DNA of 55,831 bases from contig SDNL01000001.1 of NCBI GenBank assembly GCA_004524365.1, positions 1 to 55,831 on the forward strand, given 5' to 3'. The stretch comes from Promethearchaeota archaeon (lineage in GTDB: Archaea > Asgardarchaeota > Lokiarchaeia > Sigyniarchaeales > SOKP01). Made by a program: the position numbers and the translations under genes. Positions 1 to 9,270 of this stretch are shown here, piece by piece. Within the stretch, counting starts at the first letter, position 1. Each line of letters begins with the position of its first letter. The notes under the pieces are model-generated. The model saw only the letters and a program-made list of their open reading frames with translations, was not told where the DNA came from and did not search any database.

Positions 1-63
1 TACAAAATCTTCTCAAAGTTCTTAGATCGTAAAAAATAATAAAATAGAAAATAAAATTGAAAT

Positions 64-480
64 TTATTCTAAATCCATTTTGAATTGATCATAAATTTTT
101 TTAACTCTACGAGCGGAGGGACCTTCTCCGCGAACGCCGTTCTCATCTACAACGATCTTCCCGTTTAATATTGATATTAGGTTTTGTTCCTCTTTGAATT
201 GTACATGTCCTTTGGAAAAAATTGTTGCTATTCTATCGGCTAATGCTTGCATCGGAAATGGTTCTTCCTCCATGACAACATATTGATAATAAGTATGATT
301 AATCAATATCTGTGGAAAAGATTGATTTTTCTCGTTTTTTGCATCTGCAAGGATTAAATCTAAGTCCTTAGAGACGCCTTTTAATGTTCCAACAAAAAAC
401 TTTTTTACATCAATATAGACTTTTACTATCTGATCTATTAGTTTTTGTAATTCTATATTATATACTCTCTCAATTGACAT
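64..480 (-). CDS. Sm-like (LSm) domain protein with C-terminal extension
   Basis: The N-terminal stretch LIDQIVKVYIDVKKFFVGTLKGVSKDLDLILADAKNE fits the Sm1 pattern (hydrophobic strand, G-x-L-x-G-x-D-x-x-x-N/D-L-x-L-x-D/A). The remaining ~80 aa have no recognised motif. By-eye call only. Confidence 0.45.
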   Translation of the reverse strand: MSIERVYNIELQKLIDQIVKVYIDVKKFFVGTLKGVSKDLDLILADAKNEKNQSFPQILINHTYYQYVVMEEEPFPMQALADRIATIFSKGHVQFKEEQNLISILNGKIVVDENGVRGEGPSARRVKKIYDQFKMDLE

Positions 481-517
481 TTTCTTAATTTCTTATATGT
501 TATATATCTTATAATCT

Positions 518-1192
518 TTATTTATCTAGATTCATAGCCTCCATTAATTCATCAATATTTTCACCAGTTGCGACACTTGTTGTGAAAACTTTAAGTTCAG
601 GGTTTATCTCCAATGCATCATCTACCATTTTTCCAAGATCTACATCTATTACATCCATAAGATCGATTTTATTAATCACAGCAATATCAGACATTTTAAA
701 TAGTAAGGGGTGTTTTCTTACAACCCATTCTCCCTCGGTAATCGAAACAACCACAATTCTTGTTTCTACTCCCAATATGAAATCAGAGGGGCAAATCAAA
801 TTTCCCACATTTTCTATCAATACAACTTCATAGTTTTCTATATCAATATTTTTGAGTACTTGGGAAATATGGTAGGAATTAAGTGCGCATTCTCGAGCCG
901 TATTAATCTGAATTGCTTTTGCACCACCCTTTTCAATTCTATCGGCATCTACTCTTGTCGCTACATCCCCATTAATAACAAGTATATTTTTATTTTTAGA
1001 AATCCTTTTGACTATTTCTTCCAAGATAGATGTTTTACCTGCTCCAATAGCGCCCACTATATCAAAAGATCGTATATTGTGATCCATAAATACTTTTTTA
1101 TTTTGCTCCGCCAATCTATCGTTATTTCTAATTAAATCCTCGTTTAGTTCAATTATTTTTCCTACATCTTCATTTGGAGACATCTTTTTCAT
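518..1192 (-). CDS. hypB: HypB-type nickel-incorporation GTPase (SIMIBI class; UreG not fully excluded)
   Basis: P-loop GAIGAGKTS, the ENVGNLICP motif typical of HypB/UreG, and an NKIDL G4 motif. Length is 224 aa. No other hyp genes are in the window. Confidence 0.8.
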   Translation of the reverse strand: MKKMSPNEDVGKIIELNEDLIRNNDRLAEQNKKVFMDHNIRSFDIVGAIGAGKTSILEEIVKRISKNKNILVINGDVATRVDADRIEKGGAKAIQINTARECALNSYHISQVLKNIDIENYEVVLIENVGNLICPSDFILGVETRIVVVSITEGEWVVRKHPLLFKMSDIAVINKIDLMDVIDVDLGKMVDDALEINPELKVFTTSVATGENIDELMEAMNLDK

Positions 1193-1347
1193 CTAAAATA
1201 TTTAAATAATGATTTTTAAATGACTAAATGAAATAAAGGAATTATTTTTTATGGTTTAATTCGACCATTTTTTAAATCTAATTTTGAATTCATATACTTA
1301 TCAGAAAAAGGTATTACTTCTTTATTCATTATGACTTCTTTTGATTA

Positions 1348-2283
1348 TTAATATAATCTAACTTTTTGTCTTGTCTTATATCTGAAAATTATATACGACC
1401 CAAGAATTCCGCCTAAATCAGGGATATACATAAGAAGGTAAATCAAAAAGTAATATGGATCAAATAATCCATTTAATAATGCCGGAATAAGTCTTAAAAG
1501 AATTAATAGCAGCAATATAGTTTTTCCCTTCATACGTATTGGAATAAAAAATAGAAGAAAAGTCATTTCTTGATTAAGACTGGAAAAAATTAAAAATGAA
1601 ATAATGCCCAAAAGTCCTGAATAGGCTAGACCCACATATATTGTATCAACAATCAAAGGCGAGTAAATAAATTGCACAGGAATTAATAAGAGGAAAAAAG
1701 TTACTCCCGCTACTAAACAAGAAAATAAAAATAATCCTAATAGGAACTTTGGTCCAAATCGTAATTCTATTATTTTAATTATATTATAAAATAATAATAT
1801 CAAGATTAAAAGAAAGAAGATACCAAAATAGTTGGTCGAATAATTAACGAACGGAGCTGTAATAAAGGTCCATAAGTAAAAACCAAAGAAACTATTATAA
1901 CTTAAACAAGTGAATTGAGGAATAAATAATGCGACAATAGAACTGATAAAAATAGCCATAATAAGATATGTTGCTATAGAAAAGGAATACATCCCTCCTC
2001 CCATGCTTTGGTTGAAGATGTTTCTGGCTCGTCTCTTTTTCCTTTTTTGACGACGTAATAATCTATCAATATTTGGAGCTCCATTAGATTTAATGGGCTT
2101 ATAGGTCTTATTTTTAGATCCTTCTGACCTACTAGGGCTTGGAGTTGTAGGAACATGTTTTTTATCAAACGAACATGCATGATTCTCGGGGAGACGATGC
2201 TCCTTACAAAAGGTTCCACCACAATATTTGCATTTAAAGGGTAGATACCCAATTTCTTTGCCACAAAATTCGCAATATACCAC
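1348..2283 (-). CDS. AN1-type zinc finger fused to a rhomboid-like polytopic membrane domain (possibly catalytically inactive)
   Basis: The N-terminus [34 protein letters not shown] matches the AN1 pattern C-x2-C-x10-C-x2-C-x4-C-x2-H-x5-H-x-C exactly. The C-terminal ~200 aa has about 6 hydrophobic helices, with WTFITAPF..., AYSG and PDLGGILG segments that align by eye to rhomboid TM2/TM4/TM6. Confidence 0.6.
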   Translation of the reverse strand: MVYCEFCGKEIGYLPFKCKYCGGTFCKEHRLPENHACSFDKKHVPTTPSPSRSEGSKNKTYKPIKSNGAPNIDRLLRRQKRKKRRARNIFNQSMGGGMYSFSIATYLIMAIFISSIVALFIPQFTCLSYNSFFGFYLWTFITAPFVNYSTNYFGIFFLLILILLFYNIIKIIELRFGPKFLLGLFLFSCLVAGVTFFLLLIPVQFIYSPLIVDTIYVGLAYSGLLGIISFLIFSSLNQEMTFLLFFIPIRMKGKTILLLLILLRLIPALLNGLFDPYYFLIYLLMYIPDLGGILGSYIIFRYKTRQKVRLY

Positions 2284-2433
2284 TAATTTTTTACCTCTAT
2301 GAATTATTTCTTTAATAAATTAAATGTAAGATTTGGAAATTTTCAATTCAATAGTATTATATTAATAAAAAGATGGATCCCTCATATTTCTTTTTATTTA
2401 AATTTTATAATGATAAATTATGAAGATTTTAAA

Positions 2434-3435
2434 TTAATAATAGATATAATATGGATTTGTTTCGGGGGGGAGATATATTATTATATAATTCGTTATAAGC
2501 AGAACAATCATAATCGACATAAGGATAAAATATACAGACTTTCTCCACTGAAAAATAGCTTTGCCATCTAATATTCCAAGGGGGATTAAATTAAACGCAC
2601 CGAGCATGAAGTTAATTGATGCAGAAATGCCAATAAAATAATTAACCGGAAAAACAGGAATAAAGAAGGATGCTGTTAATAAAATAATACCGTAAACAAG
2701 ATTGATGAAAGGTCCAGCAGCTTTGGTTAATCCAGTCCGCTTATCTATTGTATCTAACCCTAATACCACAACCGCCCCGGGAAGCGCTAAAGCGGGTAGA
2801 GCGGCGGATCCCGAAACTAATGAAATCAATCCCATCAAAAATCCGAATACCGTTATTATCATTCCAAACTTTAAAAGTCGAAATTTACTCTGAAGTCCAT
2901 AATGGATGGCAACTTGACGATGTCCTAATTCGTGAAAAAGAAAAGCGGTTGTATAAATTCCTGCAACCATAAAGATAATCCATCCATAGCCGAGAGTATT
3001 TAATATTTCTTGAGTTTGGGGATTATAAAATCCTAATAGTCCAATTAGATAGATCAATATCCCCCCAATAAGAAAATGAAGGATTTCTGACTTATGGGCA
3101 AATAATATACCTTTAAATTCAATTCCAGAATCAGGATCAAATGCGTTTTCAGGAATGTTTCTTTCCCTTCTATACCATATAAACTCTTGCGGCTTTTCTT
3201 GCATTTGTGAAGTTGATTGGGTTCCAGAAGGAGAAAGATTATAATTACTCTGAGAATAGGAAGAAACTTCTCTATTATATTGACTCTGTTGGTTTTGTTC
3301 AACCGCGATTTCTTCTTGTTTGAGTTTACACTCATGATCAATCGGTTCCTTATGAAAACGACAGTAATAATGTTGGCAATCTTCACAAAAATACAACTCA
3401 TCTGTTTCCCTTCCACAATGATAGCATCTACTCAT
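2434..3435 (-). CDS. AN1-type zinc finger fused to an M50 (site-2 protease family) intramembrane metalloprotease
   Basis: CYHCGRETDELYFCEDCQHYYCRFHKEPIDHEC fits the AN1 pattern. HELGH (HExxH) lies in a TM helix, and NLIPLGILDG matches the NxxPxxxLDG motif of M50 peptidases. Confidence 0.75.
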   Translation of the reverse strand: MSRCYHCGRETDELYFCEDCQHYYCRFHKEPIDHECKLKQEEIAVEQNQQSQYNREVSSYSQSNYNLSPSGTQSTSQMQEKPQEFIWYRRERNIPENAFDPDSGIEFKGILFAHKSEILHFLIGGILIYLIGLLGFYNPQTQEILNTLGYGWIIFMVAGIYTTAFLFHELGHRQVAIHYGLQSKFRLLKFGMIITVFGFLMGLISLVSGSAALPALALPGAVVVLGLDTIDKRTGLTKAAGPFINLVYGIILLTASFFIPVFPVNYFIGISASINFMLGAFNLIPLGILDGKAIFQWRKSVYFILMSIMIVLLITNYIIIYLPPETNPYYIYY

Positions 3436-3653
3436 AATTTATCATTTAAAGAATTATTTATTATTTTAGGTTATATCTTTATTATAAAAATGTCTATAAA
3501 AAAATTTATTGTAGTTTTTATATAAATTTTTTAGTTCAAATACTAATTAAACATAAGCATTCAAAAACCAATTAACAAACTATAAAAGGAATTAAAAAAT
3601 AAAATACTTAACTAAATTGATAGTTGCTCTATCTCCAATAAAACTTATTTCCA

Positions 3654-5270
3654 ATGACCAGTACGCCAACTAGTGTCAACGATGGCCCCTACTCTACAAA
3701 TTGCCTCGTCTCTCCCTTTTTCTTAATACTTCACTTTATCAATATTTGGGTTAGTGTATTTCTCTTATTCTCCACTTTTTTGATTTATTGGAACTTAACA
3801 AGAGATTTTTTTTATCTTTTTATTTTTATATTACCCTTAGAGGTCTTTTTGAGTTATTTTTTAATTGTTTTTACAGCTTTGTTTATCTCAAAATTATTCT
3901 TAATACTCGTTAATCTCGTCTATGAACCCCGAGAAGGTATTTTTAAACGAAAAAAAAGCAATAAGGATTATTATTTCTGGAGTCTACGGGCAGTAATAAA
4001 GAAGTGGCCAATCTGGCTTGCGAATCTAATTCCATCTTCTGTTCTTACTAATCTATTGCTTACTGTTTTTGGGATTAAAACTTCATTTTCAAATAGCATA
4101 AATAATGCAAATATAGATACAGAATTCATAGAAATTGGAAGGGATACCATCATTGGAAAAGGTAGTTTTATTAAATCTTCCATGATCTTCAAAGAATATT
4201 TGATAATTAGAAAAATAGTAATTGAAGATGGGGTTATAATTGCCCCTCATTCATATGTTTCACCTGGAACTGTGATAAAAGAAAATGCAACACTTAATAC
4301 GCTCTCAGTCACAAAATTAAACGATATTCTCCATAAAGATTCGATTTATTCAGGATATCCCGCAGAAAAGATTGGGATAAATTCAGAAAAAAAAGAAATT
4401 ATAATAGAAGATTATATGGAGATTCTAGTAGATAAAAGTACAAAATCCTCATATTCAAAATTAATAGAAAAAGAAAATGATTCCAACAAGTCATCAGAAC
4501 CTAAATTTGTAAAAAATTTTCCTTTATATCTCGGACTTTTTGCTTTTATTTATTTTTTCTCCTATTCTCTCCCTATATTTTGTTTTATTCTTTTTTTTAA
4601 AGAATTTTTCATCCCATATGTAATCGTTAGAACCTTCTATTCACATCTTACGGCTTTAATTCTAATCCTTACACCTACAATCTTTTTATCTCTCTATGGA
4701 TTCAATATTATATTGACGGTTTTTATTACTAAATTATGTTATCACATTATTTGCAATTTAAATGAGCCAAGGGAAGGTGTTTATCATTGGTCAGACAAAT
4801 CCAAAGAGTATAATTTTTATTTTCTTAGATCCTTTTTGCTACGTTATGCTAAATGGAAAGTGCAAAGAGGACCTTTTCCTTGGTTAATTAAATGGATATT
4901 TAATTTTATCGGTAGTTGTACCATTGGAAAGAATTGCGTTATTGAAGATTTATATTTATCAAAAGAGTTCAATGAAATAGGCAATAATGTATACATGGGT
5001 AAGATTTTACTCACAAACCAATTATGGGATCGAGAACTCACTGTTAAAGGGGTACATATCGGGGATAATGTGGTAATTTCTGACGGTTGTTGTATTGCAC
5101 CGGGAAATATTTTAGAAGAAAATATAACCATACTTCCCTTTTCTCTCACGTCAAAAGGGACTCATTTATCTTCAAACAACGTGTATTATGATGACCCTAT
5201 TAAAAAAGTTCAAAATGAAGAAGAATTAGTCGAATTATTGAATTTGAAGGTGGATCTCAACAATGAGTAA
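3654..5270 (+). CDS. Membrane protein with two copies of a TM-hairpin + left-handed beta-helix (hexapeptide repeat) module
   Basis: There are two hydrophobic blocks, each followed by a conserved (Y/N)EPREG(I/V) motif and hexapeptide-like runs (IGKGSFIKSSMIF..VIEDGVIIAPHSYVSPGTVIKENATL; IGKNCVIEDLYL..IGDNVVISDGCCIAPGNILEENITI). Confidence 0.55.
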   Translation: MTSTPTSVNDGPYSTNCLVSPFFLILHFINIWVSVFLLFSTFLIYWNLTRDFFYLFIFILPLEVFLSYFLIVFTALFISKLFLILVNLVYEPREGIFKRKKSNKDYYFWSLRAVIKKWPIWLANLIPSSVLTNLLLTVFGIKTSFSNSINNANIDTEFIEIGRDTIIGKGSFIKSSMIFKEYLIIRKIVIEDGVIIAPHSYVSPGTVIKENATLNTLSVTKLNDILHKDSIYSGYPAEKIGINSEKKEIIIEDYMEILVDKSTKSSYSKLIEKENDSNKSSEPKFVKNFPLYLGLFAFIYFFSYSLPIFCFILFFKEFFIPYVIVRTFYSHLTALILILTPTIFLSLYGFNIILTVFITKLCYHIICNLNEPREGVYHWSDKSKEYNFYFLRSFLLRYAKWKVQRGPFPWLIKWIFNFIGSCTIGKNCVIEDLYLSKEFNEIGNNVYMGKILLTNQLWDRELTVKGVHIGDNVVISDGCCIAPGNILEENITILPFSLTSKGTHLSSNNVYYDDPIKKVQNEEELVELLNLKVDLNNE

Positions 5271-6006
5271 TCAAAACAGCATAATTATTCGCGGGAATAA
5301 TTTTAAAGAGAGTCGTTTTTTCATTATTAAATTTATTATGATTTGGCCTTCTCTATTTTTAACCTCAGTATGGATTTTCAATTACATTGAGATATATCAT
5401 TCTCTATTTTGGCCATGGATATCTTTTTTTTTACTTCCATTCTTGGCTATTGCCTTTCTTGGAATTTTTTTATTGTCTGTGCTCCTCTTCGCTAAATTAT
5501 ATTTAATTTTAATTAATCTGATTTATAAACCAAAGGAGGGAATATTTGAAATGACACTTAAAAATAAAGACTATTTATTTTATTGCTTACGAAAAACGAT
5601 TAAAGAATTTATTTTACAACTTTACGATTTTTTTCCCCTTCCATGGTCTAAAATATTTGCTTTAAATGCGTTTAATGTCATTATTCCCCCAAGCGCAGGT
5701 ATCCTTGACAGCTATATCGATTCAGATTTTGTGAAATTTGGTGAAGAATCTATATTAGGAGAAGGGGCAGTCATTTTAAGCTCAATCATAATAAACGGAA
5801 ACTTACTTATTAAAAAAACCATTATCGGTGAAAGAGTTACTATTGGAGCCTATAGTGTAGTGGCTCCAGGAACAATAATAGAAAAAGGCACCATATTGGG
5901 AATGGGAAGTTATACTAAAATTAATCAGCGTCTTGAAAAAGGATGGATCTATGTTGGGCGTCCCGCGGAAAAATTAAAACCAATTAAACCAGATCTAAAA
6001 TCTTGA
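5263..6006 (+). CDS. Membrane protein with one TM-hairpin + left-handed beta-helix module (paralogue of 3654..5270)
   Basis: Same architecture as 3654..5270: TM helices, YKPKEGIF, then LGEGAVILSSIII..IGERVTIGAYSVVAPGTIIEKGTILGMGS. It overlaps the upstream gene by 8 nt, which suggests an operon. Confidence 0.55.
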   Translation: MSNQNSIIIRGNNFKESRFFIIKFIMIWPSLFLTSVWIFNYIEIYHSLFWPWISFFLLPFLAIAFLGIFLLSVLLFAKLYLILINLIYKPKEGIFEMTLKNKDYLFYCLRKTIKEFILQLYDFFPLPWSKIFALNAFNVIIPPSAGILDSYIDSDFVKFGEESILGEGAVILSSIIINGNLLIKKTIIGERVTIGAYSVVAPGTIIEKGTILGMGSYTKINQRLEKGWIYVGRPAEKLKPIKPDLKS

Positions 6007-6082
6007 TTTTTATATAGCTTTCTTAATTATTACATTTATAATAGCAAGTATTAATCATCATAAATAAGAGATTTGAGATAAT

Positions 6083-6313
6083 TTGACTAAAAAACATGTA
6101 TGGTGCCCGACATGCGAGCGTTATGTGAAGCTTAAATATAAATCTATGCCACACACATATCATGAGCTCTGGGCATTTTTTATATTTCTAACTTTTGGCA
6201 TTGGGATCATTATTTATCTTCTTATCCGTTATCATCAGCCAAAAAATCGATGCCCACACTGCGAACGGAAGTTTGATCTTGAAAAACCCTTACCTGAAGG
6301 ACCTAAGGGATAA
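6083..6313 (+). CDS. Small zinc-ribbon membrane protein (TTG start)
   Basis: CPTC...CPHC cysteine pairs flank one hydrophobic helix (WAFFIFLTFGIGIIIYLLI). No ATG is in frame near the start. Confidence 0.4.
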   Translation: MTKKHVWCPTCERYVKLKYKSMPHTYHELWAFFIFLTFGIGIIIYLLIRYHQPKNRCPHCERKFDLEKPLPEGPKG

Positions 6314-6351
6314 ATCAGTTTATAATCTCAATTTGAAAACCAAATTTATGA

Positions 6352-6660
6352 TTATATTTTCCTGATTTTCATTTCTGACTTACAACGAGGGCAAATCTTA
6401 TCTTGCTGTGTAAGCTCTCGTTTCATTAAGGTCTTTTTATACTGACATTTAGAATTAGAACAACTCAATAGATATTTTGATAACTTTGATACTATTGATT
6501 TCTTCTTTTCCGCCTCTTCTCTTTTCTCTTCTTGTTTTGAGGGAATAATTAAAGTCCTTTGCTCTGAATCTGCCTTTTCCTCTTTTGAGTCTAACTCATC
6601 CTCTACTTCTTCAGTCTCCTCCTCCTCTTCCTCTTTTCCAAGCCATTTATCCAAACTCAT
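6352..6660 (-). CDS. Small acidic protein with C-terminal zinc ribbon
   Basis: Glu-rich N-terminus (EEEEEETEEVEDE). C-terminal CSNSKC ... CPRC four-cysteine ribbon. Confidence 0.4.
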   Translation of the reverse strand: MSLDKWLGKEEEEEETEEVEDELDSKEEKADSEQRTLIIPSKQEEKREEAEKKKSIVSKLSKYLLSCSNSKCQYKKTLMKRELTQQDKICPRCKSEMKIRKI

Positions 6661-6894
6661 TATCTTATCTCTTCCTCGTAAAAATGATCTAATCTTTTCT
6701 ATACTATTAATAAAATTATCTTTTTTAAAATCTATATCTTCTTTTTTTGCATTAAATATCTTTATTTGTAAAAATTGAAATGATGAAAAAATTAAATAAC
6801 TAAAATTACCTAATTTTTTCTTAATTTACTTCAACGAATATAAATTTTTAAAAGGAAAAAAGAATAAAAAGAAAAGATATTTTCGAGGTTTTAT

Positions 6895-8124
6895 CTAGAA
6901 TACTTGTTCTTTTCCCTCAATCAATCGTCCTCGAAGCTCTATAATGTAGTCCTTGGTAAGCTTCTCCTCGACTACTCCATTTGCTATCTTTTCTATACTT
7001 GAAAAGTTTACATTATCCGCAGGGATTAAACTAATAGAAGTGACCCATGGATCATTAATAGGTCTTCCGATTTGTGAAAGTAATTTCACATGGGCTTCCT
7101 TGATATCTCCTCCACCACGCTCGTATATTTCTCGGGCCATGTTTGTTGCTAATACATTATATATCTTTCCAACGTGATTGATAGGGTTCTTTCCACATAC
7201 TGCTTCTAAAGACATTGTACGGCATGGTGTAATAAGACCATTGGATCTATTTCCACGTCCAACCTCTCCATCATCACCATTTTCCGCGCTAGTTCCCGTA
7301 ATCGTAAGATAATAGATATCTTGCTCAAGACTATCCCCTACATTCACATTCACATTCACATTACGCTCAGGAATTAATTCATTGGCTAATTCTAATGTTG
7401 AATCCTTAATTTGCTCACAGAAATTAATATATTCGTCTTTATCATGAATGAATTTACTTACCATAGCATTCGCGATGGTAATATCAACATCATTTCCAAG
7501 TCGCTGGCTCATAACTTTAATATCTTCTCCAGATCCAGGACATTTATCCTTAAATTTATCCGAATTAAGCAATCTCTCCGTTTCTAATGTAATTGTCTCG
7601 CAATCAGATAAGGGTGCATAGCCAACTCCAAAACTGGTATCATTTGCTAAGGGTACTTGTTCCATAGCGTCCGATTCCTCAAATACTCCTGTTAAATCAA
7701 TAGATCCAGGCTTTACTGCGTAATCAAATTGGATATCTTCCATCAAATCTAAGTTCCGAAACACATTCGAAACCACTGTACGACATGCATCTAAACATAT
7801 AGTCGCTACAGGTATATGTTTTATGGCATTTTCTTTAAATACTTGTTTGATTGCTCTCCCAACTATAAGGAAATACTGTGGTTCCAAGATTGTTCCCCCA
7901 CCAAGTTCGGGTCGGGCTATTCCACCGACAAGGGCTGCTTTATCAACGTTATGATGGAAAAACCTCCCGAATTTCTCGTAATAATACTTGCAGAGCATCC
8001 TTGAGCTTAAATCCGCAGCGGCATCGCACACAGAATCAGGATGACCGACGCCTTTTCGTTCACAGAGCTCTGGGAAGTCACTTTTTTCAATTTCTTTAAA
8101 ATCAGCTTTATCTATTTTTAACAT
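6895..8124 (-). CDS. mat: Archaeal-type S-adenosylmethionine synthetase (methionine adenosyltransferase)
   Basis: [13 protein letters not shown] near the N-terminus and a ~400 aa length are typical of the archaeal MAT family. The rest of the sequence is alignable to the archaeal MAT family throughout. Confidence 0.9.
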   Translation of the reverse strand: MLKIDKADFKEIEKSDFPELCERKGVGHPDSVCDAAADLSSRMLCKYYYEKFGRFFHHNVDKAALVGGIARPELGGGTILEPQYFLIVGRAIKQVFKENAIKHIPVATICLDACRTVVSNVFRNLDLMEDIQFDYAVKPGSIDLTGVFEESDAMEQVPLANDTSFGVGYAPLSDCETITLETERLLNSDKFKDKCPGSGEDIKVMSQRLGNDVDITIANAMVSKFIHDKDEYINFCEQIKDSTLELANELIPERNVNVNVNVGDSLEQDIYYLTITGTSAENGDDGEVGRGNRSNGLITPCRTMSLEAVCGKNPINHVGKIYNVLATNMAREIYERGGGDIKEAHVKLLSQIGRPINDPWVTSISLIPADNVNFSSIEKIANGVVEEKLTKDYIIELRGRLIEGKEQVF

Positions 8125-8408
8125 CTTTAAATCATTTCTTTATCTAAAAAACCTTCTTAAATTATTATATTTTTAAGTTAATATTCCATTATAAAAGAAT
8201 TTATGTTCTATTCCTAATAATTATTTTAAGATTATGAATTCATTTTCACTATTATCTTCAAGAAGAGACAAAAATTAGTCATAATATTTTAATTCACTTT
8301 TTAATAATTAATAATGAACAATAAAGCAAAATTAAATATAATAAATATGTATTTTTATCAATGATGTTAAATTATTTTATTTAGCAACAATAAAAACTAT
8401 GATTAAAA

Positions 8409-9215
8409 ATGCTCGAAAAGCGGGTACATATTGTATTTAACTCAAGAGAGAATGAAAGAATTACTCAGCCTATTATATCATATTCCCCCAATACATTATA
8501 TTATTTTATAGCGTATATAGAAGAAACTGGGCAAAATGATGAGAATATCGATTATTTTGAGGAAAATTATTCCCTATTAAAACAAAATTTACCTCAATTA
8601 GATATCATAAGAAAAAAAGTGGATTATACGGATTATATTCAAATAATTCAAAAAATCTCAAAAATTATTAAAGTGGAAAGAGAAAAGGATCCCAATACTA
8701 GAATTTTTATAAATGTGGGATCTGGGTCAAAGATGACGGCTATTGCATCAATAGAGGCTTCAAAACTCTGGGATTGTGATGTTTATTATGTATATTCCAC
8801 AAAATATGATCCTTCTGGCAAGGGCCCGGAACATAAAGGTGAAATGATCATTAAAACGCCGATTACCTTTCCAATTAAAAAACCAGATGATCAAATCATT
8901 AAAATCCTTCAATTTATACAGAATTTAATAGAAAATCGTTATAAAGGGAAGCAATATGATAAATCCAAACGGAAATTTATATATAAAAAAAATTTAGTTG
9001 AACAATTGTTTGAACAAGGACTTATTAGTTTAATTCATAAAAATAAAGAAGAACGTAAATTACAAGCAAGTAAATATATGAAATCTCAAAAATATTTAAA
9101 TCCTATGGAACAAGAACTTAAATTTATTGAAATTTCTAAAGATAAAAGGAATAAAAAGATATATATAACCGATTTGGGATATGAGATTTTAGAGATATTC
9201 AAATATCAAATTTAA
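8409..9215 (+). CDS. Putative transcriptional regulator with a CARF-like/Rossmann N-domain and C-terminal winged helix (HFX_2341/DUF6293-like)
   Basis: VHIVFNSRENERITQPII and INVGSGSKMTAIASIEA resemble the VHIVP.GF..ER...P and NI..mPR...A segments I recall for this family. The C-terminal region ends in a wHTH-like KKIYITDLGYEIL. This rests on memory, not a search. Confidence 0.4.
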   Translation: MLEKRVHIVFNSRENERITQPIISYSPNTLYYFIAYIEETGQNDENIDYFEENYSLLKQNLPQLDIIRKKVDYTDYIQIIQKISKIIKVEREKDPNTRIFINVGSGSKMTAIASIEASKLWDCDVYYVYSTKYDPSGKGPEHKGEMIIKTPITFPIKKPDDQIIKILQFIQNLIENRYKGKQYDKSKRKFIYKKNLVEQLFEQGLISLIHKNKEERKLQASKYMKSQKYLNPMEQELKFIEISKDKRNKKIYITDLGYEILEIFKYQI

Positions 9216-9270
9216 TATATATTATTAAAAATAAAAAAAAATTTTTTTAGTACGAAAAAATATATATTTA

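Noticed and set aside
582-1135. Plus-strand ORFs 582..833 and 710..1135
   Set aside because: They lie entirely antisense to the well-supported hypB gene, and their translations are low-complexity with no motifs. They are shadow ORFs of an AT-rich region.
1249-1329. 26-codon minus-strand mini-ORF (MNKEVIPFSDKYMNSKLDLKNGRIKP) between the AN1-rhomboid gene and hypB
   Set aside because: It is too short to support from sequence alone, and it has no ribosome-binding site or motif.
1974-2264. Minus-strand 96-aa ORF overlapping the AN1-rhomboid gene in another frame
   Set aside because: It is nested in a longer ORF that carries a perfect AN1 signature, so the alternative frame has no support.
2299-3525. 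ORFs 2299..2571, 2702..2893, 2748..2972, 3054..3416 and 3217..3525
   Set aside because: All overlap the M50 protease gene or its flanks in other frames or on the other strand, and none has a motif.
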